Origin: Camelus ferus
Taxonomy: Eukaryota
Assembly: GCF_009834535.1 (NCBI RefSeq)
Contig: NC_045696.1
Span: 52,144,001-52,208,000, forward strand
Length of the DNA stretch: 64,000 bases
Reading direction: 5' to 3'
Translations under genes and position numbers: made by a program
In this document: positions 52,295-64,000 of the stretch, piece by piece
Position numbering within the stretch: the stretch's first letter is position 1
Layout: every line of letters starts with the position of its first letter
The notes under the pieces: model-generated
Databases searched by the model: none
Seen by the model: only the letters and a program-made list of their open reading frames with translations
Told to the model about the DNA's origin: nothing

Positions 52295-52475
52295 TTCCTT
52301 TATTCATTCAATAAATATTTACTGAACCCTAATTATTTGTCAGGAACTATGGTAGGTGCTATTGATAAAGAGATGAAATAGGCCTTCTCTGACATGGAAA
52401 AGTTTACAACCTAGGTGTCGAGGCAGGAATGTAAGTGCAATATAATATGATAAGGCCCTTAATGGAAGAACACAT
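52295..52475 (-). mobile_element. L2 3' end
   Basis: tttattcattcaataaatatttactgaaccc...gtcaggaactatggtaggtgct. Confidence 0.7.
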
Positions 52476-53944
52476 TGCTTCCTCATTATACATCTAGCTA
52501 CTCAGAGTCCTCTACTTTACTCCTTGTATTTTCCCTGTACTTGGAACCTACCTCACTATCCTCCTCAATAAAACTTATCTTTTCCCTCAAGACACACCTC
52601 TTGGATGGGTGTCTTAGGAAAACAATCTCACAAATTAAGTCACACTGGATATTGAAAGATTAAAGCATGTATATAACATCTCTTTTGCACCTTAGTAAGC
52701 CACTCCACTTGAAAAAAAAAAAAACTAGTTGCTAATGGTGGGAATTTCAACTATGTAGTAAGCTGTTATGAAAGAAATTGTAGGAAGGACTTCTTCATAC
52801 TCTTCAATCACAACAGCAAGAGGTTACTTACTCCACATAAAACATGTCTTTACATGCTTTATTACTATTTTTAAACAAAACAGCATTCTATACTTACTCA
52901 CTTAGGAAATACAATTGAATCTGATTACTACTAAAAGTAGTAGTAGTAGTTACTGTTAATAGCTGCTGTTACTAAAATAGGGACTATATTGATGTAAAAT
53001 TATAAAAGTTTGCCTTATTCTTTGATGTTATTATGGCTTACTTCAGATACATAAAATATCACAGCACCGTCTTCTAATTTGAAATGCATTATTCCCACAA
53101 TAATAGAAATAAAATAAAATCAGACATTTAAATATATCAAGAAAAATGATTCATTGAATCACATAATCAAAACTATACCTATTGAGGAAAACAGAGATTT
53201 TTAAATCTAATGTCTATAGAAAAAAATAACTTAAAATCTGTGGATTTGGATTTTCTCCCCTGTAAAATAAAGGGTTTAAATTAGAATAAACTTGATGTTT
53301 GCTCCAAGGCTTGATACATATGTGAATAATTTGCATAAATATTTTACAATTCTCCTATGACATGAAATTTTACAATATCTGCAAGATTCTGCAATATCCT
53401 AATAAGGAGTCTGCATAAATAACTGAATCCTCTTTTATATTTGTGTCCCCAATGCTAATAATTCCTAATTCAAGGTAAGTGGCTTAATAAAATTTAGGTG
53501 GACAGATTGAAAATTGGCTAAACAGAAAAACGCAATGATATAAATAAAGGAATGTTGCAAAGTCAGGGGTATATTAAATAACTGGAGACATTTAATGAGA
53601 AACATGGAAACCCAGGAATGAGTATTTTTTACAGACTTCAAGGCTCAATGGAAAGCTTAAGAAGTAACTAATGTTTAGTTTGGGGGTTAAGGCAAGAAAT
53701 TTTAAAATGAAGAAAACTGAAGTAAGTTAAATAAGATCCATTTTGTCTAGACTTATTTATGACAGTTCCCCCTTATCCACATTCTGCATCTTCACTATAC
53801 TGTGCTTACTGACAATCTATCCCTAATTACTCCAGGTAACTTGCAATCATTTCATCTATTATATATAAACGTCTTGCATACTTCAATTGTACAAATCCCA
53901 GATTTCATCTCACCAAAGTTTTCTGAAAATTAATTGTTCCTCAT

Positions 53945-54290
53945 ATAATATCTTTAGAACTCAATTTCCTCATCTGTAGAACAATAATATTTATATTACA
54001 GTTATTGTGATAATCAGATAGACTCAATGCAGGCCATATTTTCATTTATCTTCCAACTCACTATCATCATCCTTATACTTGAGGCCAGTCCTTCTGTTGT
54101 ATACTTGACTTTTATACCCTCCTGGAGTCTCTGGGACTTTGTTCTATCCATTATCACCTCTCTCTCCTTATCTTCAATGTCTTTCCTACGGGCTCTTTAT
54201 TTTTCAGAACATCCTAATTCAAATTTCCCTTGACCCTGTGCCTCCTTTTAGCAATACCTCTCCCTCAGTTTCTCACTTCCATTCATTGAT
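53945..54290 (+). mobile_element. MIR fragment followed by an L2 fragment
   Basis: ctcaatttcctcatctgtagaacaataata (MIR core), then a pyrimidine-rich L2 ORF2-like stretch. Confidence 0.5.
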
Positions 54291-54539
54291 TAAATAAACA
54301 AAAATTTTCAAAGGATTCATTTTTTCAATATGAAAAACATATGTGGGTTTTTAAAAAGAAAAATACGGAAAATAAAAAAGCAAAAGTAACGATAGCAAAA
54401 GAAAAAAACCCCAAACCAAAACAATAACAACAAAAAACACCTGTTGTCAGATGCAGGCATTTCTTTACAGGTGTAATGTAAAGTCATATATAACTAAAAT
54501 GGACACATCATCTAAAGTTGAATACTAATATTTCCACCT

Positions 54540-55430
54540 AACAAACCTATATGTCAGTTCTCCCCAAAACAATTCATAAATGTAATGTAACCCTATTAGA
54601 AGTCCAGTGAAACTGAAGGCTGGGCAGGAGGTGTATGTGTAAGGGGTTGATTAATTTATTATAAAGTTCTTATGAAAGATTAATTGGATAAAAAATAGTC
54701 AATAATCTTATAAAGTGAAAAATAATACAAGAAACTCTCAATAGGTTTAAACTGTATTGTAAAAGCCACAATAGTTAAAACAGCATAGTCCAAGAAAGAA
54801 CACAGAAAATAAAAGAACTGAAGAGAAAAAATAGAAAGGCTAGAAATGGAATAGAAAGGCATGAAACAAACCCATTTGTAAATTAAGTATTTAGCATATG
54901 ATAAATAATGCATTTCAAATCAACTGGGAAAACATAGATTTTTTTCAATTGATGGTGCTGGGACAACTGGTTAAATATTTAGAACAGAGTAAATTTAGAT
55001 TCTATCTCACACTGTATATCAAAATAAAATTCCAGATGGTTTAAAGAGTTATATGTAAACAATGAAACCATAAAAGAACTAGAAGCAAATATAGGAGAAT
55101 TTTTAATCTAAGTTGGAGGTCTTTCTAAGCATAAAAGCAAAGGCAAAAGCCATTAGGAAAATGAAGCAGAATTTTCTACATAATAGATTTGAATCTATAA
55201 AAATGAAAATTTCTAAATAGAAAAAAAAAACAAATAAAATTAAAAAGCAAATAATAAATTAAGAAAAACTACTTGCAACATGTGACAGAATACCATGTAG
55301 CAATTTTTTTAAAAGTCCTGTCAAAAATAATTAAGGATCTGGGGAAAATGATCAGTGACTGCTATAAAAGGAAGAAAATGTTACAAAACAGTATATATGT
55401 TATGATCCCAACTTTGTAAAATACATTTTT
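54540..55430 (+). mobile_element. Old L1 (L1M/L1ME) ORF2 3' fragment
   Basis: atgtcagttctccccaaa...aattgatggtgctgggacaactgg...aaaataaaattccagatggtttaaagagtt...aaaccataaaagaactagaag. Confidence 0.75.
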
Positions 55431-55449
55431 GTTTGGGTATAGTGGCTTC

Positions 55450-55860
55450 GCACACACACCATGCTTCTAATCTCCATGCTTTTACTCATGCAGTTCCCTC
55501 TGGCCGAAGAGACCTTTCTTCCTTCATCTAATTATCTCCTGCTCATTTTTCAAGGATCATTTTCCATAGCTCTTCAGGCATCAAGAACTTCTCCCTGAAT
55601 TACTAGGTTCCAATAGGCGCCTTCCATTGTCAGTAGCACACTGTTGCACACTATCAAATTAGTATTACATAATATTAATATTATCTGTATATATATGTGT
55701 GTGTGTGTGTATGTACATACATATACATACATATCATTCCACTGCTATGATTAATGTTCCTCAAGAGAAAGGGCTGTATTTTACTTTTCTCTTATTCCCA
55801 ATGCCTATTACTATATCTATAATGGACTATACATTCAAAAATATGAGTTTGAATTATTGC
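55450..55860 (+). mobile_element. L2 3' end with a short TG/TA repeat
   Basis: catgcttttactcatgcagttccctct...gttcctcaagagaaagggctgtatttt. Confidence 0.55.
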
Positions 55861-56626
55861 TGAAATCTCTTTAAATCAGGATTATTCCAAAAGAGAGCTA
55901 ATGTCAGCTGGGATTCAAATAGTATAAAAAGAATCAAGCATTATTAGAAGGCTGAAAAAAAAAAAAAAGAAATAGTTACTCAGTGAGAATTCACTCTATT
56001 CTTCTTTCCAAGACAGACCAGAAGCTTCTTTCAGGATACAACTCAATGATTCACATTAGAGTATTTCTGGTACATACTGATGTTTTAAAAATTCTAAAGA
56101 CATATACCACTTATACGCTGTGTCTCAAAATTTACCACATCAAGTTTATTGTTATTTAGTTATTTCTCATTTGTGAATCTTTTCTCTCTTATCAGATATT
56201 GCGCTCTGTTACAGGAAGAGGCCATGACCTATTTTAGTTAGGTATCTTATTATGTATTTGGCAAAACAGCTTCATATTTTAATAAATATTCAATATATAA
56301 TCATTTTTATTTATAACTTTGGTTAGTTTTCTATGCTTTTAGATACATCTCTTCAGTATTCTCCAGGACAAGGTGAGTTGACTCTAACTTCCTCCTTTCC
56401 CCATCACCATCCAACATGATGGATATATGCTGAGTAATATAGAAATACTTGCACTTGCTGAGTAACCTGATAATATCTAATCAGAAGAATAGCTTCAGCT
56501 CTGCATCAGGCCAGAAATCTTTCCTAATTTTCACGAATTACTGGAGGTAAGATTGCCGTACTTTTCTAGTAAGAGTATATGAGGATATTTAAATGAGCTT
56601 ATCTCTATTCAACAATAGGTTTTTTT

Positions 56627-57132
56627 CAACCTAAATGTCTATTGATAGATGACTGGGTGAAGAAGTTATAATATATTTATACAATGGAATACTACTCAGC
56701 CATAAACAATAATAAAATAAATGCCATTTGCAGCAACATGGATAGAACTGGGGATCATCATTCAAAGTGAAGTAAGCCAGAAAGAGAAAGAAAAATACCA
56801 TGTGATATCATTCATATGTGGAATCTAAAAAAAGAAAAAAGAAGACACCAAAAAACTCATCTAGAAAACAGAAATAGATTTGCAGATATAGTAAACAATT
56901 TTATGGTTACTGGAGGAGGGATGGGAAGGGATAAATTTGGGAGTCTGAGATTTGCAAATAGTAACAACTATTGGTAAAAACAACTTTCTGCTGTATAACA
57001 CAGGGAACTATATTCAACAACTGTAAAAAGCTTTAATAAAAAGAATATGAAAATGAATATATGTATAATTTGGGCATTATACTGTAGGCCAGAAATCAGC
57101 ACATTGTTACTGGCTATACTTCATTTAAAAAA
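56627..57132 (+). mobile_element. Camelid-type L1 3' end
   Basis: caacctaaatgtctattgatagatgactgg...gccatttgcagcaacatggat...acattgttactggctatacttcatttaaaaaa; degenerate TSD aacaataggttttttt / aataataggtcttctt. Confidence 0.85.
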
Positions 57133-58334
57133 CAGTAATAATAGGTCTTCTTGAGCTAAATCATGAGAAGAAGTACTAGTAAGACTATTTTTTGTTAGTA
57201 AAAATATTTTTCTATATATAGTTTAGTATATACAATGTCCAAAAATACACAATCTTATTCACTGCTAACACCATTTACTATGACAATGCTTGATACAGTC
57301 CAAAGATTTCCAATATGCTATTGACCTCCTACAGACTGAAAATAAAGTGACTAGATTTAAATCATTTAATGCCAAGGAAGCAAGTCATCTTTTTCTGCTT
57401 ATGTCTTTGTTTCACAAAACTATTATCAGATGGGCCATGAAAACAACTAAAAACAAAAAATTATATGGTGTAGTTAATTGAAAAAATGCTTTTGCTGCAA
57501 ACAGAAATTGACACTAAGTGCTGTATTAGCAGGAAATCAGTGATTTTCAATTGACATTGCACAGGAAATCGTTTAGTGTCAATTGATATTAAATGGGCAA
57601 AATTGTACTGAATTAGTACAAAATGATTTGGTAGAAAGAAATGTGCTTCCATTAGGTGACTTGATATTAAGTGGGCTCAAATGTAATAAGTTTTAGAGGT
57701 CACTAGTCAACAAAAATTAGGGCATGCTATCCAACCCTGAGTACATCAGACTGGTTGCTTTTAACATATTTATCAAGAGATAACTTAGTGTCATACTATC
57801 AAGACAAAATTGTCTCCCTAGGAGCTTTCAAGGGAAGTGGGAAAATTTAAATTGTTTAAATGAGCTAAATTAACCAGTGGTAAGAATGATGATTTCTTGG
57901 GCCTATTTGGTGGTCTTAATTCTTTTAAAAACATATTTGATGGAATTTTTAGCATGAAATAAAAAGCAAAATAATAGCATCTGTTTTATGTAATAAGGTC
58001 CAGATAAAATGGCCTTGATGATAAGCACACAATAAGTTATCATTTGAATGTGTAATATCATTGGATATTATGAAGGGATCACTTTATAGATGTTTAAAGA
58101 AAACTACGTGTTTTTGAACCTAAGTAAAGGAATAGGAAAGTATATAGATGCAGGAGATATGGAGAGGAGGAAGAAACAGTTGAGATATGTTATACAGTGA
58201 CTATAAAAAGAACAGATTGCATAAATATTTTAGTGTTTGCTGGGGGTAGAAAAGGGGATGTTTGATGTATAGGAAACTATAAAAATCACTTGTTATTAGT
58301 AATACCAAGACAGTTATGGGGTAGAAGACAAATA

Positions 58335-61300
58335 CACAATATTCTACTCAGCCACAACAGAATATATATTCTTCTCAAGTAACATGGGATATTTTTCAGG
58401 ATGGACTATATGTTAGCCCACAAATTCAGTCTCAGTAGATTTTAAAAGATAGATATCATACAAAGTACCTTCTCTGAACATAACAGAATAAAATTAGAAA
58501 TCAATAACAGAAGGAAAACTTGGAAATTCACAAATTTGTTTAAATTAAACAACATATTCTTAAACAACCAATGGATCAAAAAAAAAAAAAAAGAAAAAAT
58601 GAAGGAAATCACAAGGACACTAGAAAATACTTAGAGAAGAAAGAAAATGAAAATATAACATACCAAAAGCTGAGGGGAGTTTATAGCTATAAATGCTTAC
58701 ATTGTAACACAAGAAAGATCTCAAATTAACAAGCTAACTTTAAAACTTAAGGAACTAGAAAAAGAAGAACAAACTAAATTTACAGTTAGCAGAAGAAAGG
58801 AAATTATAAAGATTAGAGCAGAGATATAAAAAATAGAGAATAGGGAATGATAGAAAAAATCAACAAAGCCTAAAGTTGGTTCTTTGAAAAAAAATCAACA
58901 AAATTGACAAATTTTTAGACAGATGAGTTAAGAAAAAAGAGACAATTCAAATAACTAAAATCACACATTAAAGTGGGAACATTACTACTGACTCTATAGA
59001 CATAAAAAAAGATTATAGGAGAGTACTATGAGCAACTGTATGCTAAAAAAAAGTGGATATCCTTGGATGAAACGGACAAATTTCAAGAAAAACAAAACCT
59101 CCCAGGACTAAAGCCTGAAGAAACAGAAAAGATGAATAGACCTACAACTAGTAAGGATATTGAATGAGTAATCAAAAATTTCCCAACAAACGAAAGCTCT
59201 GGATCTGATGCCTTCACTGGTTAATTGTACAAAAAATTTAAAGAACTAACACCATTCTTTCTCAAAATTTTATGAAAAGATTGAAGAAGTGGGAACACTC
59301 CCTAGCTCATGGTATGGCACCATTATTAATACCAAAGCTAGACAATTATACTACAAGAAAAGAAGATTACAGATCAATATCTCTTAAGAATATTGATGCA
59401 AAAACCTTCAACAAAACACTAGCAAACTTAATTCAGCAGAATATTGGAAGAACTACACATCATGACCAAGTGAGATATACCCTTGACCAAGTGAGAAATA
59501 TATATATATATATATATATTTCAACATACGAAAATCAATCAATGTAATACATCATATTAACAGAATGAAGGGGAAATAAATACATGATCATCTTCATTGA
59601 TGCAGAAAATTTATTTGATAAAATTCAGAACACTTTTGGAATAGGAATAGGATGAAAAACTCACAGTGACCATCGCACTCAATGGTGAAAGGTAAACAAG
59701 CAGTAATGCCCACTTTTGCCACTTCTACTCAACATAGTACTGGAAATCCTAGCCAGAGCAATTAGGCAAGAAAAATAATAAAAGACATCCAAATTAGAAA
59801 GGAAGAAGTAAAATTATCTCTGTTCACAGATGATATGATCTTATATGCAGAAAATCCTAAAGATTATACATATGAACACACACACACACACACAGAGTTA
59901 TAACTAACAAATAAATTCAGCAAAGTAGCAAGAAACAAAATCAACATACAAAAATTTAGTTCCCTAAAAAGGAAATCAAGAAAATAATTCCATCTACAAT
60001 AACATCAAAAAGAATAAAATACTTAGGAATTAATCCAGATGGTAAAAGACTTGTACATGAAAACTAAAAAACGTTTCAGAAAGAAACTTAGAGACATAAA
60101 TTTCATGTTTGTGGATTGAAAGACTTGATATGGTTAAAATTTTAACACTCCTCACAGTGACCTATATACTTAATCTAATCCCTATCAAAATAACAATGAT
60201 TTTTTTTTACAGAAAAAGAAAAGCACATATTAAAATTGATACGGAATCTCAAGGATTCCTGAAGAGCCAAAACAATACCAAAAAAGAAGAACAAAGCTGG
60301 AGGACTCATATATCCTTATTTCAAAACTTACTAAAAAGTTACAGTATTCAAAAGAGTGTGGCAATGACATGAAGACATGTAGAACTATGAAATAGAGAGT
60401 CCAGAAATAAATCCTCACATATTATGGTCATGTGATTTTCAATAAGGACGCTGAAAACATTCAATGAGGAAAAGACAGTCTTTTCAACAAATGGTGCTAG
60501 GAAAACTGGATATTCCTACACAAAAGAATGAAGTTGGACCCTTATCTAATACCATATATAAAAATTAAGTCAAAATGAATCCATCACTTGAATGCAAGAC
60601 CTGAAACTATAAAACTCTTAGAAGAAAACATAGGCTAAAGCTTTACAATATTGGATTTGGCAATGATTTCTTGAATATGACACCTAAGGAATGGGCAACA
60701 AAAGAAAAAGTAGATGAGCTGGATTTCATAAAAAATTTTTTTTAAATTGTACTTCAAAAGATACTATTAACAGAGTAAAAAAGGAACACATAATAGTAGA
60801 AAATATTTGCAAATCATATATCTGATAAGGGATTGATATCTAGAATATATAAAAAACATCTAAAACTCAACTACAACAAAACCCCAAAAATCCTGATTCA
60901 AAAATGGGCAAAAATCTTCAATAGACATTTCTCAAAAGAAGATATACAAATAGCCAATTAACACATGAGCAGATGATCAACATCATTAATCATTAAGGAA
61001 ATGCAAATCAAAACTACAATGAGATACCACCTCAAATGCATTAGAATGGCTACTATAAAAAAAAACAGAAAATAACAAATGTTGACAGGATATGGAAAAA
61101 TTAGAACACCTGTAAAGGACTGGTGGGAATGTAAAATGTCATAGCACTGTGCGAAACCACATAGCAGTTCCTCCAAAAATTAAAAATACAATTAACATAT
61201 GACCCAGCAATTCCATTTCTGGGTATATACTAAAAAGAATTGAAAACTAAGTCTCAAAGAGGTATTTGTATACCCATGCTCACAACAACATTATTCCCAA

Positions 61301-61737
61301 TATCTAAAACAGAAGAAACCCAAGTGTTCATGGATAGACGAATGAATAAGCAAAATGTAGTACATACATACAATGCAATATTATTCAGCCTTTTTTAAGG
61401 AAGGAAATTCTCACATATGCTATAACATAGATGAACTTTAAGAATATTATGCTAAGTGACATAGATCAACCCAATAAAAAGACAAATATTGTATGATTCC
61501 ACTTATTTGAGGTGTTTGGAGGAGTCAAAATCAGAGACAAAAAGTAGAATGATGGTTTCCAGGGGAATAGAGTGAGAGAAGATAATGGGAGTTACTGTTT
61601 GATGTGTATAGGTTCATTCTCTCAAGATGAAAAGACTTCTGGAGATGAATGATGATGGTGGCTGCACGACAATATGATTGCTACTTACAAATGGTTAAGA
61701 TGGTGAATATTATGTCTATTTCACCACAATAAAAATA
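58335..61737 (+). mobile_element. L1MB-like LINE-1, from the endonuclease C-terminus to the 3' end, internally deleted
   Basis: ORF2 landmarks SEHN (ctgaacataac), [12 protein letters not shown] and LFTDDMI (ttcacagatgatatgatc); CCHC-region gagataccacctca; terminus atggttaagatggtgaatattatgtctatttcaccacaataaaaa. Confidence 0.9.
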
Positions 61738-62149
61738 TAATGGGGAAAATGGCAGAAAAACATTTTAACTTTTTACTTGTTCTTGCCCTTCCAAAAAAAC
61801 AAACACAGAATTAATGGGGCAATCACCCTGGTAGGCATAGGACTGAAAAAATAGAAGCAACTTTCTTTTTTCCAATTTGACTAAGAGAACAAAAAAAAAA
61901 ATAATACTTTCGAAGAACTCTAATCCCTCAGAGAACTTATCATGAATGCACGAAAAGTAAACTAAGAATATTCCCTAAGATTAGCAGGAAGCAATCCAAA
62001 ATAAAACTCATCTTCATAACTGAAGGAATGAAACTAGTTTTACAATGAAACAAGAGCTACATTCAGAACAATCTTTAAGGAACAGAGGAGTTACTAATTC
62101 AAATTGATGATACAGAGAAATTTGATGTGATAATGATATACAGTTACAA

Positions 62150-62275
62150 TAATTACTATTTATTGAGTTCTTACTAATGACAAACACAGAGTGTTGTTAA
62201 ACCTACATTTATCTAATACCATGAATTTTAATTCACCTAATAGGCCTTTCACAACTGAGACACAGCTTATGGTTT
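62150..62275 (-). mobile_element. MIR fragment
   Basis: actatttattgagttcttacta...tttaattcac...aactgagacacag. Confidence 0.45.
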
Positions 62276-62321
62276 AAAATAAAAAGACTCTTTTAAGAAT
62301 TCCTGGAGCTAAAACATTCTA

Positions 62322-64000
62322 AAAAAAAATTGGAAATTAAAAAATACCTTGAGAAAAAAGACAGTGAAAACACAACCACACAAAATCTATGGGATACAGC
62401 AAAAACAGTCCTAAGAGGGAAGTTCATAGCGATAGAGGCCTTCCTCAAAAAAGAACAATGTCAAATAAATAACCTAACTGACCACCTAAAAGAATTAGAA
62501 AAAGAACAATAAACAAAACCTAAAGTCAGCAGAAGGAAAGAAATAATAAATATCAGGGAAGAAATACATAAAATAAAGATTTAAAAAATAGAAAAAAATC
62601 AATCAAACCAAGAGCTGGGTTTTTTGGAAAAAGTAAACAAAATTGACAAACCTCTGTCCAGGCTAACCCAGGAGAAAAGAGAAAGGACACAAATAAACAA
62701 AACAGGAAATGAAAGTGAAGAAATTACAACCAACACCACAGAAATACCAAAAACCTAAGGGAATACTATGAACAACTATATGGCAATAAATTCGACAACT
62801 CAGAAGTGGACAAGTTTCTAGAAACATACAGTCCACCAAAACCGAATCAAAAAGAAATAGATCATTGGAACAGATCAATCACTAGAAGTGAAATAGAATC
62901 AGCAATAAAAAACCTCCCTGCAAACAAAAGTCCAGGACCAGATGGCTTCAATGTGGAATTCTATCAAACATACAAAGAAGAACATATACCAATCCTTCTC
63001 AAACTCTTCCAAAAGAATGAAGAGAAGGGAACACTCCCAAACTCATTCTATGAAGCCACCGTCACCCTGATACCAAAACCAGACCAAGACACTACTAAAA
63101 AATAAAATTACAATCCAATATCTTTGATAAACATAGATGCAAAAATTCTCAAAAAAAAAAATAGCAAACCAAATCCAACAACAAATAAAAAAGGGTATAT
63201 ACTACAATGAAGTTGTATTCATCCAAGGGACACAAGGATCATTCAACATATGTAAATCAATCAACGTGATGCACTGTGATCAACAAGAGAAAGGACAAAA
63301 ATCACATGATCATCTCAATAGAGGCAGAAAAAGCATTTGATAAAATTTAATATCCATTAATGATAAAAACTTACTAAAGTGGGTATAGAGGGAACATACC
63401 CATTCAGCATAATAAAAGATATTAATGACAAACTCACAGCCAACATAATACTCAATGGTGAAAAGTTGAAAGCCTTCCTGCTAAAATCTGGAACAACACA
63501 AGGATGCCCACTCTCACCACTTCTATTAAACTTAGTATTGGAAGTCCTAGCCATAGCAATCAGACAAGAAAGAGAAAAGGGATTTAAATTGGAACAGAGG
63601 AGGTAAAATTGTCATTATATGCAAATAACATGATACTATATATAAAAAACCCTAAAGATCCCATGCAAAAACTACTAGAACTGATAAACAAATTCAGCAA
63701 GGTAGCAGGATACAAGACTATCATAAGAAATGTGTTTCATTTCTTTACACAAACAATGATAGAAAAGCAAAGTAAAAAAAAAAAAAAATGAAATCCCTTT
63801 TAAAATCACATTAAAAAAAACTTAGTAATAATCTTGAACAAGGAGGTGAAAGACTTACATGTAGAGAACTATAAACACTGACTGAGGACACTGAAAATTA
63901 TTTAAAGAAATAGAAAGATATCCCATGCTCTTGGACTGGACCTACTACCTAAAGCAATCTATAGATTTAATACAATCCCTATCGAATTACCCAGGATATT
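62322..64000 (+). mobile_element. Younger 5'-truncated L1 ORF2 (disrupted), runs off the window end
   Basis: ORF fragments [48 protein letters not shown] and LYANNMILY (catalytic YADD decayed to YANN). Frameshifts and stops throughout. Confidence 0.95.

Noticed and set aside
57690..58100. Possible + strand CR1 RT relic (EVTS..., LLLTYLS/LFNIFIN-like)
   Set aside because: Motif spacing is inconsistent and similarity is too weak to call by eye.
62330..63791. RT-like ORFs as a functional reverse transcriptase
   Set aside because: Fragmented L1 ORF2 with stops and frameshifts, catalytic YADD changed to YANN, and 5' truncation.
1..64000. CRISPR arrays, operons, tRNA/rRNA genes, known miRNA clusters
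   Set aside because: Mammalian intron-like DNA with no repeat-spacer array or RNA-gene signature seen. A by-eye scan could miss a small RNA, so Infernal/Rfam would be decisive.

Overview
AT-rich, CpG-poor mammalian genomic DNA. I found no credible protein-coding exon, RNA gene or prokaryotic feature. The ORF track is explained by decayed LINE-1 ORF2 fragments, simple repeats and chance ORFs. A large share of the window is transposon debris: L1 of several ages, L2, MIR, hAT-Charlie DNA elements, an ERV LTR piece and very old CR1/L3 relics. The youngest L1 3' ends and the lack of recognisable Alu, B1, Bov-A/BovB, PRE-1, Can-SINE or ERE SINEs suggest a cetartiodactyl, most likely a camelid (inference). 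The window looks like deep intron of a large minus-strand gene. Most L1s lie on +, and there are a few minus-strand non-coding, uORF-rich exon candidates with canonical splice sites (best: 49006-49196 and 7528-7699). A long multi-exon 5'UTR of the ZBTB20 type is my leading but unverified guess. Notable items: two perfect CRE palindromes 40 bp apart; a four-layer nested transposon stack with a twin-primed inverted L1; a chimeric L1/inverted-L1/LTR insert inside MER58A; colinear CR1 fragments; a perfect 60-bp tandem duplication; and a structured motif cluster at 57.5 kb. Repeat subfamily names come from remembered consensus sequences and boundaries are approximate. I see no clear evidence of a new biological system.
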